This document shows positions 63,439 to 63,609 of a DNA stretch of 63,609 bases, in pieces. Source of the DNA: Litorilinea aerophila (GTDB lineage: Bacteria; Chloroflexota; Anaerolineae; Caldilineales; Caldilineaceae); assembly GCA_945905745.1 (NCBI GenBank), contig CAMDQF010000001.1:1-63609 (forward strand). The letters are read 5' to 3'. Below the pieces are notes generated by a model. The model saw nothing but the letters and a program-made list of their open reading frames with translations. It did no database searches and was not told the origin of the DNA. Position 1 is the first letter of the stretch. The number at the start of each line of letters is the position of its first letter. Position numbers and translations under genes: made by a program.

Positions 63439-63609
63439 TTATAGGATAGGGGTCACTTCCAGGGGCAGATCGGGCTGGCTAGATACTTTTTGGGTTGCCA
63501 CATCCAGGGCATCGTCGCCAAACAGCTCTGCCAGAGCGGAAAGACGGTCCAAAAGGCGGTCATCATCCAGAATAACCACCCGCCGACTTTCCAATTCACG
63601 CATAAAACG
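63439..63609 (-). CDS. hypothetical protein, C-terminal 56 codons only (gene enters from the right edge)
   Basis: Open frame ...RELESRRVVILDDDRLLDRLSALAELFGDDALDV...EVTPIL, then TAA (63441-63439). No family assigned. Confidence 0.3.
   Translation of the reverse strand, partial: RFMRELESRRVVILDDDRLLDRLSALAELFGDDALDVATQKVSSQPDLPLEVTPIL

Noticed and set aside
1-63609. Search by eye for tRNA, rRNA, tmRNA, transposase, integrase and toxin-antitoxin pairs
   Set aside because: I found no T-arm/acceptor-like signatures, rRNA-like segments, DDE or tyrosine-recombinase ORFs, or small paired ORFs. Absence by eye is not proof; tRNAscan-SE and Infernal should confirm.

Overview
A 63.6-kb, high-GC bacterial chromosomal window. 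I count about 50 protein-coding genes. By eye I found no rRNA, tRNA, CRISPR array, transposase or integrase. Every gene from 5.8 to 47 kb lies on the minus strand. Gene content, lipoprotein binding proteins with Pro/Ala-rich linkers and the intergenic repeat style suggest a monoderm-like lineage, possibly Chloroflexota. That taxon call is low confidence and rests on inference only. Main blocks: (1) a sugar ABC importer (1.4-5.7 kb). (2) Housekeeping-type genes: PIG-L deacetylase, ferredoxin, patatin-like lipase, MFS transporter. (3) A soluble FtsK-like ATPase plus a small membrane protein, downstream of a consensus promoter that carries a GAAC-N4-GTTC LexA-type box. (4) A roughly 25-kb co-directional glycan assembly and export cluster (13.1-38.5 kb). 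It holds seven glycosyltransferases (GT2/GT4 and multidomain types), three GT-C-like membrane proteins, Wzm/Wzt, a Wzx-like flippase, an FkbM methyltransferase, a secreted beta-helix protein and a clan GH-A-like hydrolase, and its core is AT-rich. (5) A BMP-family (nucleoside-type) ABC importer. (6) A two-gene operon of unknown function. (7) A glgC gene next to a catalytically degenerate glgD-like paralog. (8) A type II restriction-modification pair. (9) An apparent LMW-PTP/PPK2/R2lox-like/aldo-keto reductase operon. (10) A class II Fic protein with an AT-rich operator-like repeat. (11) An MFS-HEAT fusion. Intergenic spacers are filled with palindromic arrays of 7-8-nt tandem units and with other short dispersed palindromes. 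CDS coordinates include the stop codon. Several starts were moved inward from the ORF track on ribosome-binding-site (RBS) or repeat evidence.
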